From Candidatus Woesearchaeota archaeon (lineage in GTDB: Archaea > Nanobdellota > Nanobdellia > Woesearchaeales > GW2011-AR9): DNA of 60,635 nt. Below are positions 26,107-34,895 of this stretch, in pieces (the first letter of the stretch is position 1; each line of letters begins with the position of its first letter). A program made the translations under genes and the position numbers. The stretch is taken from assembly GCA_018664115.1 (NCBI GenBank), contig JABJOX010000050.1, positions 1-60,635 on the forward strand, read 5' to 3'. The notes under the pieces are model-generated. The model worked only from the letters and a program-made list of their open reading frames with translations, made no database searches and was not told the origin of the DNA.

Positions 26107-26913
26107 ATGCTAAAGCAACTAATCAAAGATATTAAACAGAAGAAAGAACTATTACAATTAGATGATCAGTTTGTAAAAGAAGAATTAAACAGATATTTCA
26201 AAAAAGAACCGAAGATTCTAAAGAAACTAGGTGAGGAACTGAATCCTAAATCAAAAGAATACAAAAAAGTCATCAAAGAAGTTCGTGCAAAGTTAAGAAG
26301 AAGTTACGGATTGTTTCGAGTCGAAAAAGAAAGTAAAGATTTAAAAGAATTATTTAAGAAAAAAGATTATCAAAAAATTTTAGAAACACATTCTTCTACC
26401 AAAGAGAGATTATCTTTTTATGATCAATTATATCAGAAAATTTTCAAGATTACAGGAATTCCAAAAACCATTCTAGATTTAGGAAGTGGAATTAATCCTT
26501 TATCGTTTTCTCACATGAATTTAAAGAATGTAAATTATTTTGCTTACGATTTAAGCAAAGAAGAAGTGAAAATATTAAACCAGTTTTTCAAAGATAAAAA
26601 AATTAAAGGAAAAGCAGGAATTCTAGATTTATTACAGATAGAAAAAGTAAAGAAATTGCCCAAAGCAGAAGTTGCTTTCTTATTCAAGATGACTGATGTT
26701 TTAGATAAAGGTAAAGGTCACAAAACTTCTGAGAATGTTATCAAAGCTATCCCTGCAAAGTTTATTGTGGTCAGTTTTCCCACATTAACGATTTCTGGTA
26801 AGAAGATGAATTATCCTAGGAAGGGATGGATTGAATTAATGTGTAAGCGATTAGAATACAAATTAAATATTCTAGAATTTAGTAACGAACTGTTCTATGT
26901 AATGGAAAAATAG
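26107..26913 (+). CDS. ArmA/Rmt (FmrO)-family 16S rRNA methyltransferase homologue
   Basis: THSSTKERLSFYDQLYQKIF, ILDLGSGINPLS, FAYDL, AFLFKMTDVL, FIVVSFPTLTISGKK and NELFYV line up with conserved blocks of ArmA as I recall it (HSSTNER, ILDFGCGFNPL, AYDI, FLLKMLPVL, FVISFPIKSLSGK, NELVYI). Confidence 0.7.
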   Translation: MLKQLIKDIKQKKELLQLDDQFVKEELNRYFKKEPKILKKLGEELNPKSKEYKKVIKEVRAKLRRSYGLFRVEKESKDLKELFKKKDYQKILETHSSTKERLSFYDQLYQKIFKITGIPKTILDLGSGINPLSFSHMNLKNVNYFAYDLSKEEVKILNQFFKDKKIKGKAGILDLLQIEKVKKLPKAEVAFLFKMTDVLDKGKGHKTSENVIKAIPAKFIVVSFPTLTISGKKMNYPRKGWIELMCKRLEYKLNILEFSNELFYVMEK

Positions 26914-26948
26914 AAATTATTTTAAACTAAACCATAATCTAAATAAAA

Positions 26949-27167
26949 ATGGCAGAATATATTTGCGGTTATTGTAGAGAACCAATAGAAAAACTTGAAG
27001 ATGGAGTTATAGACTTAATTCGTGGAGATTATTTCCATAATGCCCAAGGTTGTCCAGTAAAAAAATTATCTGAAAACCAAGCTTGTTACGATTTATATGC
27101 CATCACCAACTTTGAGACACCATCATTTAGAGTGATTCCATTAACAGAATTAGATGAATTAAAATGA
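26949..27167 (+). CDS. small hypothetical Cys-containing protein
   Basis: 72-aa ORF with a CGYC motif. 3' end overlaps the convergent ATPase gene by 9 nt. Confidence 0.35.
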   Translation: MAEYICGYCREPIEKLEDGVIDLIRGDYFHNAQGCPVKKLSENQACYDLYAITNFETPSFRVIPLTELDELK

Positions 27168-29462
27168 TTCTTCTTTAACTCTACTTCTGACTTCCTTCCG
27201 TAACCATTCTTTGAAATCAAACAAGATTCGAGATGAATCTAATGTCCCATGCTTATCTTTAACTCGATCAGAAATTAATTTAAACATATCGTTAGCACCA
27301 ACTACAAATTCTGCTTCCAAAATTTGATCATCTTTAAACTCTTCAGCAATATCAACGATTGCTTGTTTATAATCTGCTCTTAACTGAATATTATTCCAGA
27401 CAGCATCCCAATCACCAGCAAACTCTTTAATTTTACCGGCCATTCTTTTCAAGATTTCAGAATTACCATTAATCAAATCGTCAGTAATTTCTAACTGATC
27501 TGTTTTAGGATTATAAACCATCAAATCTACAAAAGCATGTTCTTTTAGCGGATCTTCATCCCACTGTTTTCTAACTTCAGTAATTCGTAAAACTCTTTTA
27601 TATTTTTTCAAACCAGAAATTACGGGATTAGTTGTTACAATAATATCAATCGCTTTAAATGAAGTTTTTGGCACGCCAATATCATTTACAACTCTATCAT
27701 AAACACCATAAGGACTATCAGCGTGAATTGTTCCCGCAACAACGTTTGCAGCTGCACCAACACGCATAGCTTCAAACAGAGCAATTGCTTCTTTAGATCT
27801 AACTTCTCCCACAAAGATTGCGGAATCGCCTAAACGTAACGTTGAACGAATACCAATACTTGGATCAACTTCTGAACCGGGAGCAGACAAAGCACCAGCA
27901 ACTTTCATATTTTCAACATTATAACCAAGAGCTCGCATTGCTTCTTGCGGAAGTTCAAAAGTATCTTCAATAGTAATTATTCTGGAACGTCTACTCATTT
28001 CTACTAAGAAACTTCCTAACAAACTACTCTTTCCAGAAGATCGTGTTCCGGCAACAAGAATAGTTGCGTTATTATCAATAATAAAACTTAACAAACCAGC
28101 GGCAAGAGTATCCATATATCTAATCTTTGGTTGCATATACAACGGAAAAGTCCACGGGTAATCTCTGTGTCTTCTAAATGAAAAAGCCAATCCCAAGGGA
28201 CTTAAAGGGGCAGTAATCGCAGAAACTCTTGATGTGAAACCTTCAACTTTTAATTCTGTATCTAAAATGGGATTTGCTTCATCTAAAGGTCTACCAGAAA
28301 TTAATCTCAACTTAGTTGCCCAAGAATCAACTTCTTGTCGAGTAGGGTAAATGTTGGTATAACAATCACCATAATCCTGATGAACAATGAAAATTGGTAA
28401 TTCTCCGTTAGGGGCGTTAATGTTAACGTCCTGAACTTTTGGATCTGACAACAATAATTCTATTAAACCGAATCCGACTGTATAACGTAATAAAGCTTGA
28501 GCTAACTGATTAACTTTATCATCAGAAAGTTTCAACTTCTTATGTTCAATTAAATCATTAAGTAAATCTTTACCAATATTAAAAAATACTTCTCTCATTC
28601 GTTGTGGATCAACAAATTCTTCCCTGGTTGGTTTATGTTCGGACATGATTCTTTTTGCATCATCCAACAATTCGTAAACTTCTTCCGTGAAACGAAATTC
28701 AGGAGGAGTTAAATGGAACATAGTTTTAATATTGTTATCAAAAGAAAAGATGTTTACGTCACACTTATCCTCACCATCACCAAACTGATAACTTTCTTCT
28801 AGATTTCCTTCTGGAAATTCTAAAATTAGCTTTGTATACATAAAATCCGGCCGAGTAGTAGGATGAAAAATATTACCATAAATATCTCTAGAACCTAGCT
28901 TGTATTCTTCTTTAGTATGAGGCATTAATTGTTGAATGATTTTTAACTTTTCCATCTCTTGAATTACTGCCAATAAAACCTCAATAAACTTATGTTGTGA
29001 AACTAAATGTCTTTCATCGATTAAATTGTTTAATTTAGTTTTTTCTCTAACTTCTAAACGTTTTAATGTGATGTAGGCAGCTAAAGGATCTTCTTTCAAC
29101 AATTTGGAAATGATTCTCTGAAATTCTGCATAACTTCCACGAATATAGCGTTCATGTAGCGGATCAATAACAAGATGTGAATAAGCAAGCCTTTCATCTT
29201 TGTTTAATCTTTTGTAAAGTAAAGATAATTCTATTAATAAATGAGTTTGTGAGTAATCATATTCGTATTCTCTTAATTGTGATAGGTTAATTATTGTTAC
29301 TCCAGAAACTTCTAACAAAGCGTCAACAACTTTAGCCATACACAAATCACTATATTCAATTGAAGGGGGAAATGTACATCGTTCTAAAGGAATCTTTAGA
29401 ATCTTGTTTTCTCCTTCATGGATAGTTTCGTACTCAAAACACTTTTTTTCTGTTAGCACCAT
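27159..29462 (-). CDS. type II/IV secretion-family ATPase (archaeal FlaI/PilB/VirB11-like) with a long N-terminal extension
   Basis: Walker A GTRSSGKSSLLGS, RIITIEDTFEL, FVGEVRSKEAIALFEAMRVGAAANVVAGTIHADS. Confidence 0.85.
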   Translation of the reverse strand: MVLTEKKCFEYETIHEGENKILKIPLERCTFPPSIEYSDLCMAKVVDALLEVSGVTIINLSQLREYEYDYSQTHLLIELSLLYKRLNKDERLAYSHLVIDPLHERYIRGSYAEFQRIISKLLKEDPLAAYITLKRLEVREKTKLNNLIDERHLVSQHKFIEVLLAVIQEMEKLKIIQQLMPHTKEEYKLGSRDIYGNIFHPTTRPDFMYTKLILEFPEGNLEESYQFGDGEDKCDVNIFSFDNNIKTMFHLTPPEFRFTEEVYELLDDAKRIMSEHKPTREEFVDPQRMREVFFNIGKDLLNDLIEHKKLKLSDDKVNQLAQALLRYTVGFGLIELLLSDPKVQDVNINAPNGELPIFIVHQDYGDCYTNIYPTRQEVDSWATKLRLISGRPLDEANPILDTELKVEGFTSRVSAITAPLSPLGLAFSFRRHRDYPWTFPLYMQPKIRYMDTLAAGLLSFIIDNNATILVAGTRSSGKSSLLGSFLVEMSRRSRIITIEDTFELPQEAMRALGYNVENMKVAGALSAPGSEVDPSIGIRSTLRLGDSAIFVGEVRSKEAIALFEAMRVGAAANVVAGTIHADSPYGVYDRVVNDIGVPKTSFKAIDIIVTTNPVISGLKKYKRVLRITEVRKQWDEDPLKEHAFVDLMVYNPKTDQLEITDDLINGNSEILKRMAGKIKEFAGDWDAVWNNIQLRADYKQAIVDIAEEFKDDQILEAEFVVGANDMFKLISDRVKDKHGTLDSSRILFDFKEWLRKEVRSRVKEESF

Positions 29463-29507
29463 CTTTTTATATATAAAGTTATTAAGAGTTTAAATAATTT
29501 GCTCTGA

Positions 29508-29798
29508 TTATGTCTCTCTTAAAGTTTTTCTTAAAACCTCTTGTAGAATTCCGTCTCTTAATCCATAATTACCTGTATCACAACTAGCTACAATTCTATC
29601 ATTACTAGGATACCATTGAAGAGATATTTGATAAGTGTCTTTATAATCTGGTTTACGAATGTCTGAACCAGCCCCAATTTGCGTTCTAAGAAAAGAATCA
29701 ATAATTTCTGCCTGTCCTTCCTTATTAACATCTCCTGTAATTTCAAACGGACCATTTACCGTATAATTTATAATCATAGTTAAGCATTCTTTGGTCAT
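29508..29798 (-). CDS. hypothetical protein
   Basis: 96-aa ORF. Confidence 0.45.
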   Translation of the reverse strand: MTKECLTMIINYTVNGPFEITGDVNKEGQAEIIDSFLRTQIGAGSDIRKPDYKDTYQISLQWYPSNDRIVASCDTGNYGLRDGILQEVLRKTLRET

Positions 29799-29921
29799 TT
29801 TATAAACCTCCTAAAAGCAATTTGTCCATTTTATTAATAAACATTTATATTCTTAAATAGCCTATACTACTTTATAATACTCACATAAGTTTATTATATT
29901 CATTTCTTTATTTAAGCAAAT

Positions 29922-30356
29922 ATGGACTTCGGAACTAAAAAACCAGTAGCTAAACAAGAACAGCAAGGAAGCTTTGATCAAGCTAAATTATATCTCTGGG
30001 TTAAAGCGTTAGAGGGAAAAGTTAACAATCTTTTAAGAGAAGTTGATATGATCAAAAATGATTTTATTAAAAGGACCAATGATTTGAAAAAAGATATGAA
30101 GAATACAAGTGCAGATTTGTTAGAATTTAGACATGACCACGAGAAAACCATTCAAAAAATGGACTTAATAGTTAAAGAACTTAAACAAACTGCAGGTGTT
30201 GAAGAAGTAAAAACGTTAAAGAAATATCTGGAATTATGGAGTCCAATGAACTTTGTAACACAAAAAGATTTAGAAAGAATGGTTGAGAATAAATTAAAAA
30301 AACCTGAAAAAATAAAATTAGTTGCAAAAGATGAAACACATAGCCCGTTCAATTAA
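29922..30356 (+). CDS. hypothetical coiled-coil protein
   Basis: 144-aa ORF. Confidence 0.5.
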   Translation: MDFGTKKPVAKQEQQGSFDQAKLYLWVKALEGKVNNLLREVDMIKNDFIKRTNDLKKDMKNTSADLLEFRHDHEKTIQKMDLIVKELKQTAGVEEVKTLKKYLELWSPMNFVTQKDLERMVENKLKKPEKIKLVAKDETHSPFN

Positions 30357-30396
30357 TAATTAAATAAATAAATAAATAAATAAAGGTGATGAAAAA

Positions 30397-30978
30397 ATGG
30401 ATCCAGTTCAACAAATATTACAATTAAGACAACAAGGTCTTACCGACGAAGTTATTGAAGAAGAACTCAAAAAGAATGGAATGAACCCGCAACAAATTAA
30501 TGCGGCAATGGAAAGTTCTAATACCCCAGCAATGCCTGGTGGTATGCCTGCAATGCCTAGTGGTATGCCTCAAGAACCGGCTATGCCTCCTATGGGAGCA
30601 ATGCCTGGCGGTCCTTCAATGGGTGCCCAACCAAGTGGCGATGAGGGTAACATCTATGAAAGAATTGAAGCAATCACAGAAAGTATGATTGACGAGAAAT
30701 GGGATGCTTTAATTGGTGAAGTGAAAAAGATTGTCGAATGGAAAGAGAAAATTGAAGAAAGACAAACCAAAATGACAAGTGATTTAGCGAAACTTAAAGA
30801 GGATTTTAAAGTTCTACATCAAGGAGTTCTGGGAAAATTAGAGGATTATGATGGTAGAATGAGTGATGTAGGTACAGAATTGAAAGCGGTAGGTAAAGTT
30901 TTCAAAGATGTTGTTCCTGTGTTTGTAGAGAATGTTAAAGAGTTGAAGAGTATCACACAAAGTGTTAAGAAAGAGTAA
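30397..30978 (+). CDS. hypothetical protein with a Pro/Met/Gly-rich linker and a C-terminal coiled coil
   Basis: PAMPGGMPAMPSGMPQEPAMPPMGAMPGGPSMG linker. AGGTGAT Shine-Dalgarno-like sequence upstream. Confidence 0.55.
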   Translation: MDPVQQILQLRQQGLTDEVIEEELKKNGMNPQQINAAMESSNTPAMPGGMPAMPSGMPQEPAMPPMGAMPGGPSMGAQPSGDEGNIYERIEAITESMIDEKWDALIGEVKKIVEWKEKIEERQTKMTSDLAKLKEDFKVLHQGVLGKLEDYDGRMSDVGTELKAVGKVFKDVVPVFVENVKELKSITQSVKKE

Positions 30979-31015
30979 GAATTAAAAAAATATTTCTTTT
31001 TTATTTATTTGTTTT

Positions 31016-31573
31016 CTATCCGCCGCTTAGAAGTGCTACAGCGAATACTGCGATTGCAAACATGATCATCATTCCCAATACTTTTGGATGAAATAGAGTT
31101 GCAGTTACACTACCTTCAAAACTTGAAGAAGCTACTCCTGAACTACCAGTAACAGTAACATTTTGTCCTGCTTCAAATGCTTTCTCTGTAAATGATTGAC
31201 CTAAAACATTTCCAAGAGCTGCTAAGAGAATTACAAGAGCAATTCCTAAGATTGCCCAATAAACACTTTTATCTTTTACAGCCGTTGCTAAATCTGCATC
31301 GGTTGCTCCAAACATCTGGAAAATTAAAATTAAAAGTATAAAAAAGATAATAACAACAGCGAACCAAGGCACCATAAAATTGATGATTTGAGTTAGGGTA
31401 TCTGAAATCAAGACCATAAATGCTACAGAGACAGCAATGATTGAATTTATCCCTACAGAATCACCAACAACTTTAGTTTTCTGAAAAATAGCAAACACTA
31501 AAGCGAAAACTAGCAAAACTGGAAAGATCACGTCAAACGCTTGTATTAATCCTAAATCAAGTACGGTTACCAT
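31016..31573 (-). CDS. polytopic membrane protein, paralogue 3 of a tandem trio
   Basis: DVIFPVLLVFALVFAIFQKTKVVG is shared with the two upstream genes. Confidence 0.6.
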   Translation of the reverse strand: MVTVLDLGLIQAFDVIFPVLLVFALVFAIFQKTKVVGDSVGINSIIAVSVAFMVLISDTLTQIINFMVPWFAVVIIFFILLILIFQMFGATDADLATAVKDKSVYWAILGIALVILLAALGNVLGQSFTEKAFEAGQNVTVTGSSGVASSSFEGSVTATLFHPKVLGMMIMFAIAVFAVALLSGG

Positions 31574-31588
31574 TGTTTTTTTTAATGT

Positions 31589-32164
31589 TTATTTTTTCTC
31601 GAATAATTTTCCAACACTCTTCATCATTTCAGAGCCTTTAGATTTATCGCTTGGTTCTTTAACTATAAAGAAGACGACCAATCCAAACATAAGCAGGATA
31701 ATTAGTAATTCTGTAACTTCCGAACCCCACCAATAAAATAAGTCTGAAGGGCCAGTCCAAACACTTAATGCTGAACCAAAAATATAAACTACAAAAGCAA
31801 TTGCCCCAATAGCAATGATTGGAGCTGCTGACTTAGAGAAGTCGGTACCAAAAACGCCCATTAATATTAGAAGCATAACAGCTGCAACAGCAACTAAAGC
31901 AACACTAGGTAAAGATTCGTTCATTACCTGCACTGGATCATAACCAAGAGGATAATATCCAATAACGTGAGGAACAACGAAAATTAAAGCTATTACTAAA
32001 GCAATGATAACGTTAAAGTTTTTCTTGTCACCAAGAACTTTTGTTTTTTGCATTACAGCGTATATAATTGTAAAAACCAGTAGGAACGGTAACAAGAAAT
32101 CCATGATGCCGTACGTTTGAAAATAATACGCTAATTGTGAAAACCCCAAATTTGAAAATGCCAT
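31589..32164 (-). CDS. polytopic membrane protein, paralogue 2 of a tandem trio
   Basis: DFLLPFLLVFTIIYAVMQKTKVLG. Confidence 0.6.
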   Translation of the reverse strand: MAFSNLGFSQLAYYFQTYGIMDFLLPFLLVFTIIYAVMQKTKVLGDKKNFNVIIALVIALIFVVPHVIGYYPLGYDPVQVMNESLPSVALVAVAAVMLLILMGVFGTDFSKSAAPIIAIGAIAFVVYIFGSALSVWTGPSDLFYWWGSEVTELLIILLMFGLVVFFIVKEPSDKSKGSEMMKSVGKLFEKK

Positions 32165-32206
32165 TTTTATAATCCTCCTTTTTTGTTATAATTATTTTAA
32201 GTTTTA

Positions 32207-32767
32207 TTAATCTTTCTTTTCATTTGTTTTTTTTGGACTTGGATCTTTAATGATGTATACAATGAAACCAAGGATGATAATGAAAAATATAAGAGTAGAT
32301 GCCCATTCTGCATCCCAATAAACAAAAAGTACTAAAACATATTTTAACCAGTCTAAAGCATTAAGAAAAATAAGTACAATGCCAATAAACATTAAAACCA
32401 TGAAAAACTTTTGCCAACCACCAAATTTAGCGAGTGTAAATTCTTGATCTCCAAAAAATACGCCCACTAGCATTAAAAAACTAACTGCTAAAATTAATAG
32501 TAAAACAACATTAGCCATTACTTCATTAATTACGGACACTAATTGAGTAGAAGCAATAACCAAAAAAGAGATTACAAAAGCAACCATAGAGTTAAGATTC
32601 TTTTTAGTTATTTCTTTACCATCAATCTTATCAAGTCCTAAGACTTTAGTTTTTTCTAAGATAGCAAAAACAATTGTAAATACAAGTAAGAAAGGTAGAA
32701 TTACATCATAAACTCCAATCTTATCGAAAAAACCGATTATGCCTCGGAAAGCGCTTTCTTGTACCAT
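32207..32767 (-). CDS. polytopic membrane protein, paralogue 1 of a tandem trio
   Basis: DVILPFLLVFTIVFAILEKTKVLG. Confidence 0.6.
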   Translation of the reverse strand: MVQESAFRGIIGFFDKIGVYDVILPFLLVFTIVFAILEKTKVLGLDKIDGKEITKKNLNSMVAFVISFLVIASTQLVSVINEVMANVVLLLILAVSFLMLVGVFFGDQEFTLAKFGGWQKFFMVLMFIGIVLIFLNALDWLKYVLVLFVYWDAEWASTLIFFIIILGFIVYIIKDPSPKKTNEKKD

Positions 32768-32913
32768 CTCGTTTTATACCTCTTTTAACAATCAATAATT
32801 AATAAAGAATAGTATATAAATCTTTCTAAAGGTATGGTTACTTAAATAAATAACCTGTATAGTTTTAAAACGAAGTCTTTAAATATAAGTATCTTTTTAT
32901 TATTCTTATTATT

Positions 32914-34371
32914 TTGAGGTGGGAAAAAGTGAGGGTGAATAAAGTTATCTTATTATCAGTTTTTTTACTAGTTATTTTTTCAATATTAGCAACATCTTCT
33001 TTAGCGGAATCAGATGTTGAAATAACAGTTAAAGATAATTACATCGCTTTTAGTGAAAAAGCAAAATTTAATTTAAAAATTACTAATAATGCTGATGAAA
33101 AACAACGTTATAGTATTTATTCTCTTCAATCAGGACAAGGATGGAATGTGGATCCTTTTCCGTTAAAAGATAAAATTATTGAATTATATCCCGGAAAAAG
33201 TTATACAACAATAATTCAAGCTCAAGCTTTTGATGAGGGTTTACAACCAGGAATTTATTATGTCCAAATATCTATTGCTAGCGATCTCGGAGAAACTTAT
33301 ACTGAATCATTAAAGGTTTATTTAAGTCCAGAAAAACCAATAGATTACTTACCAGCAATAAAAGCTACAATTGACATGAATGAAAAAATTAATCCAAATG
33401 AACCAGTTTCAATCAAGTTATTCTTAGAAAATAGAAACCCATTAGATTTAACAGGATTAGTAGTAAAAATTCAAAGTGATATGCCTGAATTTATTAAAGA
33501 AGCAACAGTAGATTTACCTCCATTAGAAAAGAAAACCATAGAGTTTTCAGTTAATCCTAACTCATTTCAACAACCAAAAGATTATCTTATTTTCTTTATC
33601 TTTGAACATAATGGTGAAGTTGCCAAAATTATAGATCAAAAAGTTGAAATCCTATCATTACAGCCTGAATTCAAGAAAGATATTAATGAAAATAGTAAGT
33701 TATTTAGGTATTATAGTGAACTGATTGTTACTAATGAGGGTAATGTTAAGAATACACAAAAAGTTCTTTACCCCGTTTCTTTATGGAAAATGCTTTTCAC
33801 GACAAGTGAAGGGAAATCAGAAAAAATTGAGGGAGAAAGATATTTGGTTTGGGAACAGTCTATCAGCCCTAACGAATCAGTTACACTCAATTTTACAACT
33901 AATTATAGAATCGTGATTTATATCTTAGCAATTTTACTTGTTTTTGCTGGATTTTATTTTTATGTTCAGTCGCCTTTATCAATTAGTAAAAGTGCGATGA
34001 CTACCAAAACTGAACATAATGAAGATGCTTTATCAGAGATCAAAGTAACTTTAGAAGTGAAAAATAGAACTAAGAAAAATATCAAAAATATCGATATTAT
34101 TGATTGGGTTCCAGGGATTGCAAATGTTGAAAAAAGTTTAGAATTGGGAACATTAAGACCAAAAGAGATTAAACATTCAAAGAAAGGAACAAAAGTCATT
34201 TGGTCATTAGTAGAACTTGATGCTCACGAACATCGGATCATTACTTATAAAGTCAGAGCAAAATTAAATATTGTAGGGACTTTTAGTTTACCTAGGGCAA
34301 CCATTGAATATGCTCGGAAAAGGGGTAAGAAAGGGAAAGCTTATTCAAACGTTTTTAGTTTAAGTACCTGA
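32914..34371 (+). CDS. secreted/membrane-anchored surface protein (beta-rich, CARDB/DUF11-like)
   Basis: Signal peptide plus an internal TM segment (IVIYILAILLVFAGFYFYV). Start is uncertain (TTG 32914 or GTG 32929, which follows GAGGTGGG). Confidence 0.55.
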   Translation: MRWEKVRVNKVILLSVFLLVIFSILATSSLAESDVEITVKDNYIAFSEKAKFNLKITNNADEKQRYSIYSLQSGQGWNVDPFPLKDKIIELYPGKSYTTIIQAQAFDEGLQPGIYYVQISIASDLGETYTESLKVYLSPEKPIDYLPAIKATIDMNEKINPNEPVSIKLFLENRNPLDLTGLVVKIQSDMPEFIKEATVDLPPLEKKTIEFSVNPNSFQQPKDYLIFFIFEHNGEVAKIIDQKVEILSLQPEFKKDINENSKLFRYYSELIVTNEGNVKNTQKVLYPVSLWKMLFTTSEGKSEKIEGERYLVWEQSISPNESVTLNFTTNYRIVIYILAILLVFAGFYFYVQSPLSISKSAMTTKTEHNEDALSEIKVTLEVKNRTKKNIKNIDIIDWVPGIANVEKSLELGTLRPKEIKHSKKGTKVIWSLVELDAHEHRIITYKVRAKLNIVGTFSLPRATIEYARKRGKKGKAYSNVFSLST

Positions 34372-34472
34372 TTACATTGATGATTAAATGTGGTTGTTAG
34401 AACACAAAAACATTTATATATAAGGGGATTTATTACAATTAAATAATAAAAAAATAAATTATTTAAGAGAGG

Positions 34473-34874
34473 GTGCGAAAAATGAAAGACTTTTTTTTAC
34501 AATTAAAGGACAAATTTGCTAAACCAATAGAAGACGAAGAAGAGTTAGAACAGAGTGACCATTATGTAGAATTGGGTGCAAGTTCTGATAAAGAAGAACA
34601 ATCTAAAGTTCTTGTTAGACCATTTATACTTGAAGAATTTGAAGATATTAAAGAAATTCTTGATGTACTTAGAGAAGGATCAACAATTGCTTTGGTAAAC
34701 ATTAAACCATTGAAAGATAAAGATTTAGTAGAACTTAAAAGAGCAGTTTCTAAATTAAGGAAGACTTGTGAAGCAATCGATGGTGATATCGCTGGTTTCG
34801 GCGAAGATTATGTTGTAGCAGTACCATACTTTGCTAGAATTCATCGGAACAAAGTTGGAAGTTTACCTGAATAG
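34473..34874 (+). CDS. sepF: cell division protein SepF homologue
   Basis: VLVRPFILEEFEDIKEILDVLREGSTIALVNIKPLKDKDLVELKRAVSKLRKTCEAIDGDIAGFGEDYVVAVP matches the SepF/DUF552 pattern. The likely start is ATG 34482. Confidence 0.75.
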   Translation: MRKMKDFFLQLKDKFAKPIEDEEELEQSDHYVELGASSDKEEQSKVLVRPFILEEFEDIKEILDVLREGSTIALVNIKPLKDKDLVELKRAVSKLRKTCEAIDGDIAGFGEDYVVAVPYFARIHRNKVGSLPE

Positions 34875-34895
34875 GTTTTTTATTTTATTTCTTTT

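Noticed and set aside
30361-30384. (TAAA)6 microsatellite between two coiled-coil protein genes
   Set aside because: It is real in the sequence but an ordinary low-complexity tract in an AT-rich genome. It lies upstream of the AGGTGAT ribosome-binding site and shows no evidence of a phase-variation role.
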